The notes under the pieces: model-generated | Databases searched by the model: none | Seen by the model: only the letters and a program-made list of their open reading frames with translations | What the model was told of the DNA's origin: nothing | Source of the DNA: Camelus dromedarius | Taxonomy: Eukaryota | Reading direction: 5' to 3' | Length of the DNA: 64,000 nt | NCBI RefSeq assembly: GCF_036321535.1 | Contig: NC_087437.1 | Coordinates: 29,638,001 to 29,702,000 of the forward strand | Translations under genes and position numbers: made by a program | Shown: positions 39,000 through 52,655 of the stretch, piece after piece | How the letters are laid out: the number at the start of each line of letters is the position of its first letter | How positions within the stretch are numbered: position 1 is the first letter of the stretch

Positions 39000-39569
39000 A
39001 TTGGCCTCAAAAGGAGGGACACCTCAACTATCATAGGAATAAAGGGAAGTGGGTGCAGGTCCACAAAAACATGTAGGCTCAGTGATAAAAAATAACCAAG
39101 GGGATTTCTATTTTTCTCTGTGAGGAAGATGGGAAGGTCACCTGCTAAAAGTGAGGGGATAGGTATAGTGTCAGGTGTTTGTGGAGATCATCATTATCAT
39201 TTAATATAATTCCTACAATAGTACGGGCTCATGAGAGGAGAGCTATTACTCTCATATATACCCTTGACCATTCATCATCGGACTGTAGTTGTTAAACAGA
39301 ATCTCATCTTGTTACAGAGTGTGAATTTAGTTATTCTTGACAAATTATTTTTTTACAAGTCTAGAATTAAAGAACTCTTTTAATTATTATTAAACATAAA
39401 TCATTTAATCAAATAGATCTTATAGGATCAATTCTTAGATTTAAGGTTTTCGCACTCGAGATTGCACAATATAAGCAATCTTCCTTTGGAATTGTATCAA
39501 GTATTGTTTTTGCCCAGATGCCCTGCCAGTTAACTCTTTCTCATATTTTATCTGAGTGACTCTGAGAAA

Positions 39570-39591
39570 TGTGTGTGTGTGTGTGTGTGTG
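39570..39591. repeat. (TG)n microsatellite
   Basis: Direct reading of the TG run. Confidence 0.95.
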
Positions 39592-41929
39592 ATTTTTTTT
39601 GTTGCCCTCTCTTTCTTTTTAAAAAATTAACTGTAAGATCCTTAAAATGAAGCAGCTCCTCTGCATTTTACAGAGTGGTGAAAAGGAAACAGAAGAGAGG
39701 GTGAGAGACGAAAGGACTCTGACTCCCCAACAAGCCTATTTGGAGGGAAGAGAAACCCTAGGGTGGACTTAAAAAATAATTAAGCTGAAGTTAATCCTTG
39801 AGATCCATTGGACACTGGAAAGAGCAAAGAGATGCCACAAGCTGGCTGAGAAGTGATGTCGGGGCTCAGTAGGTGGGAGCCAAAGATTGGCGCTTCTAAC
39901 TGCCAAGCTGTTCGTCAGTGACATCAGCGCCTGTTCCAGGTCACCAACTCTCACACTCACTGGCATCTGTGACTCTCTCTTTGAATTTTATGGGCTCTGA
40001 AATAATCATGTGATATATATGACTTGTCAGAAAGAGTAAAAAGTAAATGAAAATTTGCAAATCTATCATCACTTTAGAAAAGAACTTGGTGTCTTAAAGT
40101 TATATGTTAGACCCAATTGGGTGAAGTAGGTAATTTCTACTGAAGTATACCATTTCTACCAGTTAGAGAGAGAAAGAATAGCAATTCTTGGGAAAGAAAA
40201 ATCTTTATGTAGTTCTTAACCCTGTATCACTTTATCAATATAACCTTGTAAGCTAAGAAGATCTTATTTTTTCATGAGATAATGACATAACATTAGCTTC
40301 ATAATTATAACTCAGAGTGAAATTTAACACTAAAGAGAGAAAAATAAGCTTTGTCATCATAGGACTAAATTGTCCCTAACACCCCCTCCAGCTACAAGCG
40401 TAGGACATATCTGAGTGCTTAGAATTATTTTTCCAGACAGTTTTCTTAATAGGAGGAAAGATCATGCTTTAAGAGTTATAGTAGCTATTTTTATGGTTTG
40501 CTAAATAATTAATCTGATTCACAAATAGGACATATTCTGAAAAGTCAGCTTTCATCCCCATGGTATTACTGCTTCATTTTATAACTGTTCACAGTACCAA
40601 GTTTACAAACACTTGCTGGTGCAATGATGCAGCAAAAGCCAGGGCATAGATTTGGTGGAAAGAAATGTCAAGTATGTAAGAGGAAAGAAAATAATCCTAA
40701 CAGATGAATGATACGAATTTATCTAGACAACCGGTGGGTCAAGCCAGGAGTATTACTGAACATTTCGTTCTGTTACACCTTACAGTCCCTTTTTATGTAG
40801 CTCCTTTTCAATATAATTGTATTCACTCAGTCAGTAAGGATTTACCAGGCCCCTTCCTTGGGGATGCAGTGCACAAATGGAAGACATGGTCAGATAAAGA
40901 GGTAACTGTAATACAGTATAGAAACACAGTGTTCCATTTCAGTACAATTCATTTCTGATCAGAGATAGGGCATGAAGTCGAAGAACAGCCTTGGTGTGTC
41001 CCATAGTCTCATCTGGAAATGGGAGAGAATGACACAAACTTGGGCTGCATCATTCAGCTCAAACACATAGCTTCTATGTCTTCAACCATAATAGTAGCAG
41101 GTAGTGCATGGCTTGATGTTTAATATTACCCATAATATTGTCCCAAAATACGGAGAAATGTAGAGTTAACTTGACCTGGTATACCAGTGCAGTCCAGAAG
41201 AGTAAAGTAGTCATGGCAGAAAGAATGCTGGTCAGGGGCACGTGGGAAAAGCTAGAGGCACTGAAGTGTACGTGGCTTGTTTGTGGAACCATTTGACTGA
41301 TTGCGCTGCCTCACTCCTCCCTTCCCCACCCCTTCCTCTCTGTGTTCCCTTCCCTTCACTATATAAACTCACCCGATCTTGTTAAGGGGTAGATAGGTGA
41401 AGCTTGAATCAATTCACCTTTGTTCTAGATAGCTTCCAGCTAATTGCTTGTGTGACCTGTCTGATATATGTTCTCAAGAAAAGAAACTCGTTTGCACAGC
41501 ATAAGGATGAATCATTCAGCCTGGAAGGTCTGGCCTCATGGATTCAGAGATGTACCATTTTTAACCAACTTAAATCAATCATCTCGTTCACCCAACTCAC
41601 AACCTGTCCATGTGCTAGAAGTTCAAGACAACATACCCATCTTTAACCCCACCCCCAGTGCACCTGCAAATGTCTTGCCTGAAGTTCCACATGCTTTTCC
41701 TCCCTCACTCCCACTGCTTCCTTATAATGCCTCCTCTGCAGCTTCCTGCCTCCCTACTGCTTCCCTTCTCATCCTGACATACCACGGATGTTCCTGCCTC
41801 CCCATGTCTGTTTAGAAGCGTGACTCAGCAAAACTTCCAGATCCTTCTGTCCAAGCTGAAGCCTCCCTCACAGAAGTCCATCTGATGATCCCGAGGCCCA
41901 TTCCTCTCTTCCATAGCTTACCCTTAGGG

Positions 41930-42360
41930 AGAATGGGCTCCATCTGGTTTCAAATCTTGACATGGACTCTACATGACCGTGGGAAGGTTGGCAACCAGCT
42001 GGTCTCTGCTTCCTCATCTGTAAAACAAAGATTTCACTTACTTTATGAGGTCATTGTAAGTATGAAATAAGATAAATCAAGTAAAGTGCCAGGCGTCATG
42101 CCCAGCATACCGAGTGCATGATAACTGTTATCTTTTATTAGTAGAAATAACAATGACAACAGTTACAATTAATTAAGCACTTACTGTCTACCAGATGCTG
42201 TGCCCTGCATAACCTTGCAAGGTGGATATTATTATGATCAGTTTGCTGCTGAGAAAATAAAGCCCTGAATGGTTAGAAAATGTACCACAGGCCACATACT
42301 GAGTATTAGGTAGAGCTAAGGCTTGAAGGTAGTTCAGGCTAATATCAAGGCTGGTGCCTT
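41930..42360. mobile_element. Two MIR SINEs tail-to-tail (+ ~41930-42140, - ~42160-42360)
   Basis: Forward core cttcctcatctgtaaaa followed by reverse core aagcacttactgt...ctgagaaaataaagccc...ggccacatac. Confidence 0.75.
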
Positions 42361-43155
42361 TTGTTTGTTTGTTTCTAAATTCAGCATATTCCCCTTAGTT
42401 GTTAAAGTAAAAGAGGAGAAAAATACATTTATAGGATGCTTTACTGTAAGCAGGCCCTAACCTGGTCTCATTTTTTTTTTCAATGACTCGTATGTAATCC
42501 AGATGGCAGCTGAAGTCGCTCTACCCTTTGAGAAATAGATAAAATTTTCAAGAGCTTTTTATTGTGTACTTTACAGGAAGGCCGATCTTGCTCCAGGACT
42601 GTTTTTCCCTCCTAGAAAGTCCTGGCTGGAGTTCCAGTGCCATGCCTCGGCTTCAACCTCTGGCTCTTGCTGAAATTTTCAATCTTATTCTTATCTCTCC
42701 ATCCTCACCTGTAGATTCTGTTCCATAGTCACCCACACATGGGACTCTTGGCTTCCTTCTAAAACAAGTATGTAAGAAGATTGTACTTTTAGATTTGGAG
42801 CAATGGAGGATGTTTAAATCACAGACATGCAAACAGCTTAACAATGAATATTCAATTTCCTTGGTCTCAAGACACCTTTAGACTTCTTTCCACTGGGAAT
42901 CACTCACTTTCCCATTTTCTCCTGAAGGTCCATTATCTTGCTGTGTGACTTCACTCCTTTTCCTCCCCTCAAAACTCTCCAAATATCCCCTTTTCTCTGG
43001 AATACTCTTTACATTTTCTGTCCTTTTATCCCTAAGAGTTTTAGAGGTGGATTTATTGTCCCACTGCTATAAACTTCGCCATCATTTACTGCCACTCCAA
43101 AAGGGGAGAAATCACTGTAGTCCGTTGAAGTTTGTATGTCAGTGTTTTTCCACTA

Positions 43156-43611
43156 ATTTTTCCCTTTTTTTAAATTGAAGTTTAGTTGAGTTACGATATT
43201 GTATTAGTTTCTAGTATGCAGCATAGTGATTCAGTTATACATATATATATTCTTTTTCATTATAGGTAATTATAAAATGTGAATGTAGATTCCCTTTGCT
43301 ATATAGTAGGACCTTATTGTTTATCTATTATACATATAGTAGTTTTTATCTGCTAATCCCAAACTCCTAATTAATTCCTCCTTGCTCCCTTTCCCCTTTG
43401 GGAACCATAAGTTAGTTTTCTATGTCTGAGTCTGTTTGTAAATAAGCTCATTTGTATCATTTTTTTAGATTCCACATATAAATGATGTCATATGATATTT
43501 GTCTTTCTCTGCCTGACTTACTTTTCTTAATATGATAATCGATAGATCCATCCATGTTGCTGCAAATGGCATTATTTCATTCTTTTTTATGGCTGAGTAG
43601 TTTTCCATTGT

Positions 43612-43701
<90 letters not shown>

Positions 43702-43939
43702 CATATTATATATATATACCCCACAACTCCTTTATCCGGTCATCTGTCAGTGGACATTTAGGTTGCTTCCATGACTTGGCTGTTGTAAATAGTGCTGCTC
43801 TGAACACTGGGGTGCATGTATCTTTTTGAATTGGAGTCTTCTCTGGATATATGCCCAGAAGTGGGATCACTGGATCATATGGTAACTCTGTTTTTAGTTT
43901 TTAAGGAATCTCTGTACTGTTTTCCTTAGTGGCTGCACA
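43156..43939 (-). mobile_element. 5'-truncated LINE-1 3' end with compound TG/TA microsatellite
   Basis: aaattgaagtttagttgagttac terminus; 15-bp TSD with 2 mismatches (agtgtttttccacta 43141-43155 vs agtgttttcacacta 43940-43954). Confidence 0.93.
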
Positions 43940-44419
43940 AGTGTTTTCACACTATTAATTGGATATTTAAGTGTACTGTCAGTTCACATGTTTCACCTGT
44001 AAATATAGCATATGCCCACTTCAATCTTAAATTCTTTGAAAGAACCTTCTCATACTCCTTCATCTCTCTTGCCCTTTCAGTATATAAAGTTTTGCAGATT
44101 AAAGAGAACAACAATAATGTAGTATTTGCTAATTATTAGATCTGACTAAAATATGTTATATAACCATAGAAAAAAATTTCCCTCTCTCTGAAACTCTTTT
44201 CATAGATCAGAAACTTCATCAAACCTGGATGTCACCAGTGATGCACTATTAAGAAAAGGCTAAAGAAAGAGAAAATTAAAATGAGAAAGAAGAGAAAAAC
44301 AATGGAGATGGTAGGGGAAAAGAGAAAGTTAAGGAGTAGAGAAAGAATAGGAAGGAGATGGAGGTGGCAGTTCAAATGTGTAAGTTTCCTACCCAACATC
44401 TTAACACTCTTCTTCCTTT

Positions 44420-44870
44420 TTAGCAAGACTAAGTTTGTACAAGGATGCACCTCATAGGGATCTGGGGATAATTCCTGATTATTCTAAACCAATCATTGTA
44501 ACCTTATTTAGGCAGCCACATTTCATGTCAGTAAAATGTGAGAAGAATTATGCTGAGGATAAATCTTAGAAAAGTTTTATCACACTTAAAAAAAAGGACA
44601 AGCACAATGAAACATATATATGTTGTATATCTAAACAATGTGGCTGGACTGAGCCACCTAATTTGTGGCCATTAAGGGATCCAACTTGAGGACAGTGGAG
44701 TGAAACATGAAAAGAAAAGGTTCTTGATTCCATCATAGAACAACCAAACCAATCAGCCTTGGAACTACTCTATCTCCTAACTTCTGATTATTTAAGATAA
44801 ACATCGTTATTTAAGGCAATTGTGTCAGGGTTTTATTACTTAAGTAATAATAAGTATGGTAACTGAAACA
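44420..44870 (+). mobile_element. Old MaLR LTR (MLT1J/K-like)
   Basis: ctaaaccaatcattgtaacc...ccttggaactactctatctcctaacttc...gttatttaaggcaattgtgtcagggtttt...aactgaaaca. Confidence 0.55.
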
Positions 44871-45850
44871 TAGGAGTTTTAAGCAAGGAAAAGTTACATT
44901 TGTATCTGTGTTTTAATGCTGTTAAGCTGGCCGAGCTATCTAGAATTCATCTGTCAGAGGAAGCAAGAAGAGCAGTTAAGAAACATACCCATTTATTGAA
45001 GTGAAATCAGTGAGGACGAACATGAGAGTCCAGTGGGGATAGAAAGAAGGGAAAGACTGCAAATGATATTGGAGAAGAAAAATCCCTAGGACCTTGACAA
45101 TTGGTTAAACACAGGAAAGTAAGAGAGAGACAGAAGAATTTCTGAGAATGTGGTGCTCAAGTAAGGAAGTCAAAAAGGGAAACTTACTGGAAGAGTCACA
45201 GAAGATTTATTTTAGACATAGGGTAGAGATACTGGCATGCATTTGAGTGGAGAAATCCAGCAGGCAGCTGGAAATACTGAGATGGAGATTCCAAGAGAGG
45301 TGGAACTGATGCTGACGTTCACACAGTGGAAACAGTTGAATAACAAAGAGTGGAATGTGGCCGACCCTACAAAGGGTAAGGAGTGGGGACAGGGAGCAGC
45401 GGATGTAAGAGAGGGGATAGAGGACTTGGAGAAACACTTATATTTAAGAGAAAGTACAAGGGGAAAACATCAGTTAAAGATGTAGAAAAAGAGAGAAACT
45501 AGGATACAAAAATGCAATTGAAAGTGAGGGAAGAGAGATTTTCATGCAGAAGAAGGATAAAAGAACGCACACTCCTGGAAGGTAAAGGACATCAACACTG
45601 TGAAGATGGCAGAGGATTCTGGGGTTGGGGGCCATGGGTTCACCAGTGGAGGTAGTTTAAGTGATGTGGTAAGAGGTGAAGCAGATGCCAAGCAGTCAAG
45701 GAGCGAGGGGTTTAGAAATTGAAAACAAATTCTGTTTTGAGGTGTTGGAATTTTAAAAGGAGAAAGATGTAAGGATCAAGGTATAGGAAAAGTTTGTTTA
45801 TGTGTAAAGAGAATTTGAATACTTTGGAAGATAAAAGACAAGTAGTCAGT
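44870..45850 (-). mobile_element. L2 LINE relic
   Basis: ggagttttaagcaagg...cagttaagaaac...ttttagacatagggtagag...gtggagaaatccagcaggcagctggaaatac. Confidence 0.65.
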
Positions 45851-47544
45851 GGAGAGGGAAAGATGAAAGATAACAAGTGCTTACTCTGTTCCATAGGGCC
45901 TGAGGTTATAATGCTATTTGCCTCCCAACAATTTACTTAACAGTTATATATGTGTGTTTATATGTATATATAACACACACACACAAGCAATTGATTACAG
46001 AGCAGGAGTAAACACGGTTCTTTCCAGCTCCGAGAGCTATTGTAGACTCCCAGCCAATGAGTCTTAGTGCTGCCGAACCTAAGTTGCCTTAGCTACCATA
46101 CCATTCTGAATCACAGTTTTTGTCTGCCACAACCTCCCTCCCTGATACTTATTTTACTTCACAGAGGACAGCAAATGGCTGGCCCATAGTTTGGACTAAC
46201 AGTGGCTGACCAAGTGTGCCAGGGCTAGAACCACCAAAAAGAAACAAAGAAAAGCATGCTGGGTGTACACAGAGACATTTTGCAACAGTTCCAGTGGCCA
46301 TCAAGGAAAGAATTAAGTTAGCAGAGGGTAATAATCAGCAGACAGGGCTGCGTTGGTGGCAGGCCACTGACAATTAAGAAAAGCTTCATAAACTTCATTG
46401 CAGCCTGAGAGCATTGGCCACAAATTATATGACTTGTAGCTGAAAGACAGTGTGGCTAAAGGCCAGTTATAACTTTAAGGAATTTGAAGAAAATAGAAGA
46501 TATTCTTCCAAAGGAGAATTCTGGGAACAACTTTCAAAGAGACTATACCACAAATATTCCAAATAGCCCTGATTCAGTTGTACCTCCATTTCCAAGAATC
46601 TGTTATTTCAGGCTAATAGAGATCTGTGTAGGATCGAACAAGAGCCCGGAGGAAGACAGACGTACAAACAAAAGAATTAGCATTGGAAAGGACAGATTTC
46701 CTCCTAATTTTCCACATCTGTAAAATGGGTAACAATACAGGAAGTTTTCCAATGGAGAAGAGGCGAACCAAGATGATAAGAGGTTGAGAACACCTGTGAG
46801 ACTTGGGTTACAGGGAGGACCAGACAGAGATCTGGAAAAGATGGAGACAGTTTGGAGCAGAATTTTGATGAATGCAGTAGGAAGATTTCTGCCTAAAAGT
46901 AGTGAACTGTACACCAGAAATTCCCATCCTGAATCTCCATCAAATGACAATAAAGGAATGAAAAAAGGCAATAATGTACCAGAGTAAAGCTAAGTAGAGA
47001 GGAGCTTAAAGAGGAGATCAGAGATTTTAGCAAAAATTTGAAAGCTGTCAAGCAGATGAGTGGATATTAACTGACTTAAAAATCGTGAAAAAAATTTGAA
47101 GCATATGCTTGTAATGGTAGAAATAAGAGATACCATGTTGTTTCATTACAGTAAGTCTCAGGAATGTGAAATATATGGTACTTCTAAGACCTGAGATGTG
47201 ATATGACGCTAAAAAAGAAAGATTTGCTTGAAGTCTTCTCTGAAGAAGTTGGCCACTCAGATCCCCTCTGCCACAGAGTGCAGCAGGATGACCTTCCATC
47301 TCAACCCAGCAGGGAGTTTCCTGGGTTGGTGTCAATGATGGAAGCTTCCTGTTGCATCAGAGGCAACAAGGTTCTGGGTCAGCTGGGGTGTAGTGCCGTT
47401 CCCAAGCTAACTCTGCATTGTGGCTCTGGAAGATGTTTCTGAAAATGCAGCCTTAAAAACTGTCCATCAAATCTGTGAACTATCTGATATCCCTCAATTA
47501 ATTCCTTCCTAGTTAAACTAGCTGAAGCATGAGGATCTGCTAAA

Positions 47545-48065
47545 GCTTAAATGATGCCTACCCTATGATTCAGCAATTTCACTCTTGGATATATACACAA
47601 TAGAAAGGAGTGTGTATATATCTAACAAAAGACTTGTGAAAATATTTGTAGTAGCTCTATTCATAATAGCCAAAAACCCAAAGTGCCCATCAAAAATACA
47701 ATGAATAAAATTTAATATATTCATACAGTGGAATATCATATACCAATAAAAAAGAACACACTACTGCCACACGTAACTATATGGAAGCATGTCATTGACA
47801 CTATTGAGCAAAAGAAATCAGAAACAGAAGAGTACCTACTGTATGATTTCATGTATATGAAGTTTAGGAATAGGTAAAATTAAAAATAATCTCTAGTAAT
47901 AGAAGTCAGGATAGGTGTTACCCGAACAGAGGGGTTGAGAAGAGGCACAGAATAGGCTGCTTTGGGGCTTCTGAAAATGTTCTATGTCACGATCGGGTTG
48001 CTGGGTACAGAGTGTATACATATGTGAAACGTCATTGGGCTGTATTTATGTCATGCTTCAACTTA
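47545..48065 (+). mobile_element. Old L1M 3' end
   Basis: cctaccctatgattcagcaatttcactctt...ctattcataatagccaaaaac...gagtacctactgtatgatttcat...gtaatagaagtcaggatag. Confidence 0.85.
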
Positions 48066-48319
48066 ACAAGGAAGGAAAAGAGGCAGGAAGAGAGAGTGAG
48101 GTAGAGAAAGGGAGGGAGGGAGGGAGGGTGAGGAGACTAGCTGGAGTAGATTCTGTGGCTGGCAAACAGAAACCCTGACTTAAAACAAGAGTAAGTAAGA
48201 AATGAATACTAGTCTAATGTATGATTAAATGGCAAGAATGTATAGTGGGCTTCAATCTGTACTTTCTCCAGCCACAGTCATCAGCTCTGGGGTAAAGTTA
48301 GAGGAGGAGGACTAACGCT

Positions 48320-48545
48320 GAGTGCCTGTAGTGTGTATTATTGCGAGGCACTTTCCATGTGCTTTCTCACTTACGCCGTATAATCGCTCTGAGGACAGTA
48401 TTGCTACCTTTATGTTTTAGAGTAGGTGATAGGTTCAGAAAAATTACATCATTTGCGTGAAAGTAAAGAGCTAGTTAGTAGTAGAGTTGAAATTTGATTC
48501 AAGTCCTCCTGACTTCGGTAACAGTTTGCTTTCTGCACCACTCTG
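48320..48545 (-). mobile_element. MIR SINE
   Basis: gagtgcct...aggcacttt...aggttcagaaaaatt...gctagttagtagtagagttgaaatttga. Confidence 0.65.
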
Positions 48546-51357
48546 CTGGGAAAAGTAGGAATCCTGGGCTTAGAAACTAGAAAAGCAGATACAATGGGAG
48601 GTCAAAGGGTCATAGTCATCTAAGGGCAAACTCTCTCCTGGGTCCAGTCTAGGTAGAAGAGCAAATGTCATCAGGCAATAAATTGGAAAATAAAATTATG
48701 TTAAAGGACCAGAGGCTATTCTTAGTGTGAAGAGCTGACATCATATGAGAGGAGAGAAGTTGGGGTGAAATCTTAGAATCTTTGAGATAGAAAAATCAAG
48801 AGTAATGAAAACATTCAAGTGGTAGAGAACAGTTGAATACATGAATACCCCAAATATATGAAATTTTGCCATCTTTTAAAAGCAGATGTTGGAAATGGAG
48901 CACAGGCCTACCCTCAGTCAAGGTTCGTTGGCAATAAATCAAGGGAAATATGCCAGAAATTACAGAGTGTCTCATAGCTTCATGGAAATAAGGAACAGGC
49001 CTGGTTCAGTGAACTTGTAGTTCCCATGCAAGAAAAAAATGTGAAATGTGAAGGCCAGCTTACGAATGGTGTGGACTAGTAGGTCTGTCTTTCAAATTCA
49101 GTTTCTTTACATTTTAGTTTGTGAAACTAGACACCTATTTGATTTCTGTATTTTGTTTTCTTTTGTGTTAGTTCTTCCGTAACAGACACCACCCACAAAT
49201 GCATTGTTTGGGAAATGTCTGGTCGTTGTCTCAGTTTGGCAGATACTGACTGTTTGATTCTTTCTAGTTGTGTAACAGTAAGTGTAGATGAAGCTGAAGT
49301 TCCAGAAGCTGATAAAAACGTATTCTGAACTTTCCTCTCTCCATTCCTTCCTGTCTTTTTCTCTCCTCCTGCTGTTTCCTTTTTATAGAAATATAAATCT
49401 GAGGGAGAAAGGGAAAAGGGAGGCTAGGAAATTTCTTTGCAGTGGGGGTAACATGGTCAGGAGAATGCTGACTACTTACTGCTGTTGATGAGTCTTTATC
49501 TTAGGTTTAAGTCTACCCTAGGTTAGAATCAATATATAACATGTTCATAATTGCTTTCATTTTAGATTAGTCAAAGTGCCGGTAAGCTGAACTTTCGCAT
49601 ATTGCCTGGGGCCCTTCCAGCCTCTCGTAATTAATTCTCCCTAAAAGGTGTGATGAATGATCTCAAGCCCATAGGTCGTGAAGAGGCCACTATTTGAGCC
49701 TGCAGATCATGCCGGGAAACCAAGTTATCTGGTGAGCATCCATCAAAATTGCTGGAGTAGAATTGCTCTATTTCCTTGTATTTGAAATAAACGTTCTTCT
49801 CTCTGTGCAGTTTAGTATCGTTCATGAACAGAAAGGATTGCTTCATACCACACCTCTGTGGTCACATACTTATTAAGTTGAGGTTTGTTTCTACTGTCAT
49901 TGCAGTTAGATTTTGATTTTTCTTACTCCTGACTGCCTTCAAGAAAGAAACAGAAAATACAATGATTAAGGAATCAAGCAAGTATGTTTTGTTTTTGCTC
50001 TTGTGTTCTAAGTAAAGCACAGGGAAACACCCTTCTCAATGGAGCCCACATACTTAGTCATGGACCTTCCATGACTTCATAAGTGGAGATCTTTGAGAAT
50101 GACTCACACTTTCAGGCAGAGAATTCTTACTAAAAGTCCAATATTTTGGAGGCATCTCCATCAACTAGAAACATCCAGAGATACAGAAATTACTAGAGTG
50201 CCACGTTGTGGTGAATTTGAAAAAAAAAAAAAAGTTATAATATTCTCTGTCTTTTACTACAAAAAAACAAATAAAAAGAAACCCCTTTATCAGATCAACT
50301 GGTTCCTGACACTTAAATGTATTTGTGGATACAAATTAAAGTGATTAAAAGTGAGCCTTTTTTGCAAATGCACAAGTGCTGTTTTCTAAAACTGCATGAT
50401 TGCATCATTGAATTGACACCCCCATACAGGCTTCACTGATGAGCACTGATGGAAATGAGAAAGAATATTTAGCTGTTTGACTTATTGATACAGTTGACCA
50501 GTAAATTTCAACAATTAGTCACTTCAGTAATATCTTTCTCCATATCAAGTTTCCCCAACCCTTGAAAACTGATGAGAGTTATCTGCCTCTTCTAATCCAA
50601 GTCATAGAGGTGAAGGCAGGAAAAACCCAAGGGAGTTATTAGGTTAACCATCTTTGAGTTGGCAGTTATATAAACGGCTGGAGACAAGCTAGGGTCATCC
50701 CTCATACCTGAGTTAGTTCTACACCTGAACTCGGGGTTTATTTCCAGGGGCTGTGGAAAGAGAACCAAGAATAGTGCTGGGAGTCTCCAAGGGCAACAAC
50801 ACAGAGAGTAGTGCCCGGCTCGGGTCGTCCCAGTCAGAACCGAGAACCAGGCTCAGCTGTAGAGGCTCCGTGTTGGAAAGATGCCCCTTTAACTGCCCAA
50901 ACTCACTGTTTCTTGTCAAATTCATACTGAAATTTCAGGTCTTTCAGAAAGACATGTTCAACTTAGCTAAAAGAAGATTGTGATATATTTTAATATTAAC
51001 ACATTCAAATTCCTTGAGGGCAGAAACTTTATCTCATTCAGTGTATATATACTCTCAGTTCCCAACATAGGATCTTGCACAGAACAGGTGATCATCATTT
51101 GTTGATAGAATAGTTATTAAAGGCATTTAACCAGATTCCTAAATATGATATTGTGCCCAGTATCACTGTACTGAGTTAGATATTAATATACATATAGTTT
51201 ATCAAAAATACAATGTTATATTTTTGATAGACTCAAAAACTTTATATATAGAATTGCCTCTCTTAGACCACTGTCTCCTATAAAAATGGCAGTTCCATGT
51301 GGTTCAACTTCATAACTTAATTTGGTTTTATAGCATTTATATTTTTCAAGGCATGTT

Positions 51358-51908
51358 CATAGTGGGAAAAAATTCTCCACTACCCTCTTACAGTCTCCAG
51401 CTGAGCCTAAGAAATAAACTGACAGAAAACAGGTTAACAGGAGAAAAGCACAGAAATGTTATTAAATTTTTCCATGTACATGAATGAGAAACTTCACAAT
51501 AAAACCAGAAGAAGTAACAGAGCAGGAAGCTTTTCTACCTTTTAGACAAACAAATGAAATATTTGTGAAGAATTGACAATACGGAGGGGTTCAGGCTGGG
51601 GGAGCAAATGATGAAGTGACTAGGAAGTTCTTTTTCATTATAAGTTGCTTTAACAAGTAACAAGGTTACTTTAACAAGGTTTGTTTGTACAGATTTTTCA
51701 GTCCCAAATCCCCCATCTCTGGTGATAAGAATGTCTTCTTTCCTCCTGGTACAGGGAGGGCACCTTTCATTTGAGAGTTTTTTCTCCTGCCTTCAGGAAG
51801 AAAAAGGAAGGTCAGAGTGTCTTTCTTGTACCTGCTGTTTCTTAAGTGCCTTTAATTTAAAGTAAGCCAAAGCGGCATATTTTGGGTAACATATCCTGTA
51901 TTCCTTCA
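51358..51908 (-). mobile_element. ERV1-type solo LTR (MER34/MER39 family-like)
   Basis: aggttaacaggagaaaagc...aaggtttgtttgtacaga...cttgtacctgctgtttcttaagtgccttt...gccaaagcggcatattttggg...ttccttca. Confidence 0.75.
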
Positions 51909-52221
51909 CTACATAAAGTGTTTAGTTTTTACTACAAGGAGGTTAAGACAGGAGCACGCACGTTTTACAGATGAAGCCCAGAGACGTTAAGTGCCTCCCC
52001 AGGTTAACCAACGTTGCTGACAGGACCGAGGTTAAAATCAGCTCTCTTGCCTCAGTTAGCTCATTCCACCATTCTTGCCAACAGTCTTGGAAGTAATAAA
52101 AAAAAAAAAAAAAAAAACTGTTTCCTCCTCATTTTCATATATGATGTTCCCATAAAGAGCATCAGATATTGTGTGTTCACAGGTTGGAAAAGATACCTGT
52201 CACTTTAAGAGCTGATAGACC

Positions 52222-52655
52222 TAAAAAAAGAATGAAATAATGCCATTTGCAGCAACATGGATATACCTAGAGATTATCATACTAAGTGAAGTAAGTCAGA
52301 CGAAGGCAAATATGTCACTTATGTGGAATCTATAAAAAAGATACAAATGAATTTATTTTCAAACCAGAAATAGATTCACAGACATAGAAAACAAACTATG
52401 GTTACCAAAGGGGAAAAGGGTGAAGGAAGGAATAAATTAGGAGTTTGGGATTAGCAGATACACACTGCTATATATAAAATAGATAAACAAAAAGGACCTA
52501 CTGTGTAGTACAAGGAACTATATCAATATCTTAAAACAACTTATAATGGAAAAGAACTTGAAAAAGAATATATATATATGTAATGTGTAATTGAGTCACT
52601 TTGCTATACACCAAAAACTAACACAATATTGTAAATTAACTATACTTTAAATAAA
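52222..52655 (+). mobile_element. LINE-1 3' UTR end
   Basis: aaagaatgaaataatgccatttgcagcaacatgg...ggagtttgggattagcagatac...tgtaaattaactatactt. Confidence 0.92.
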
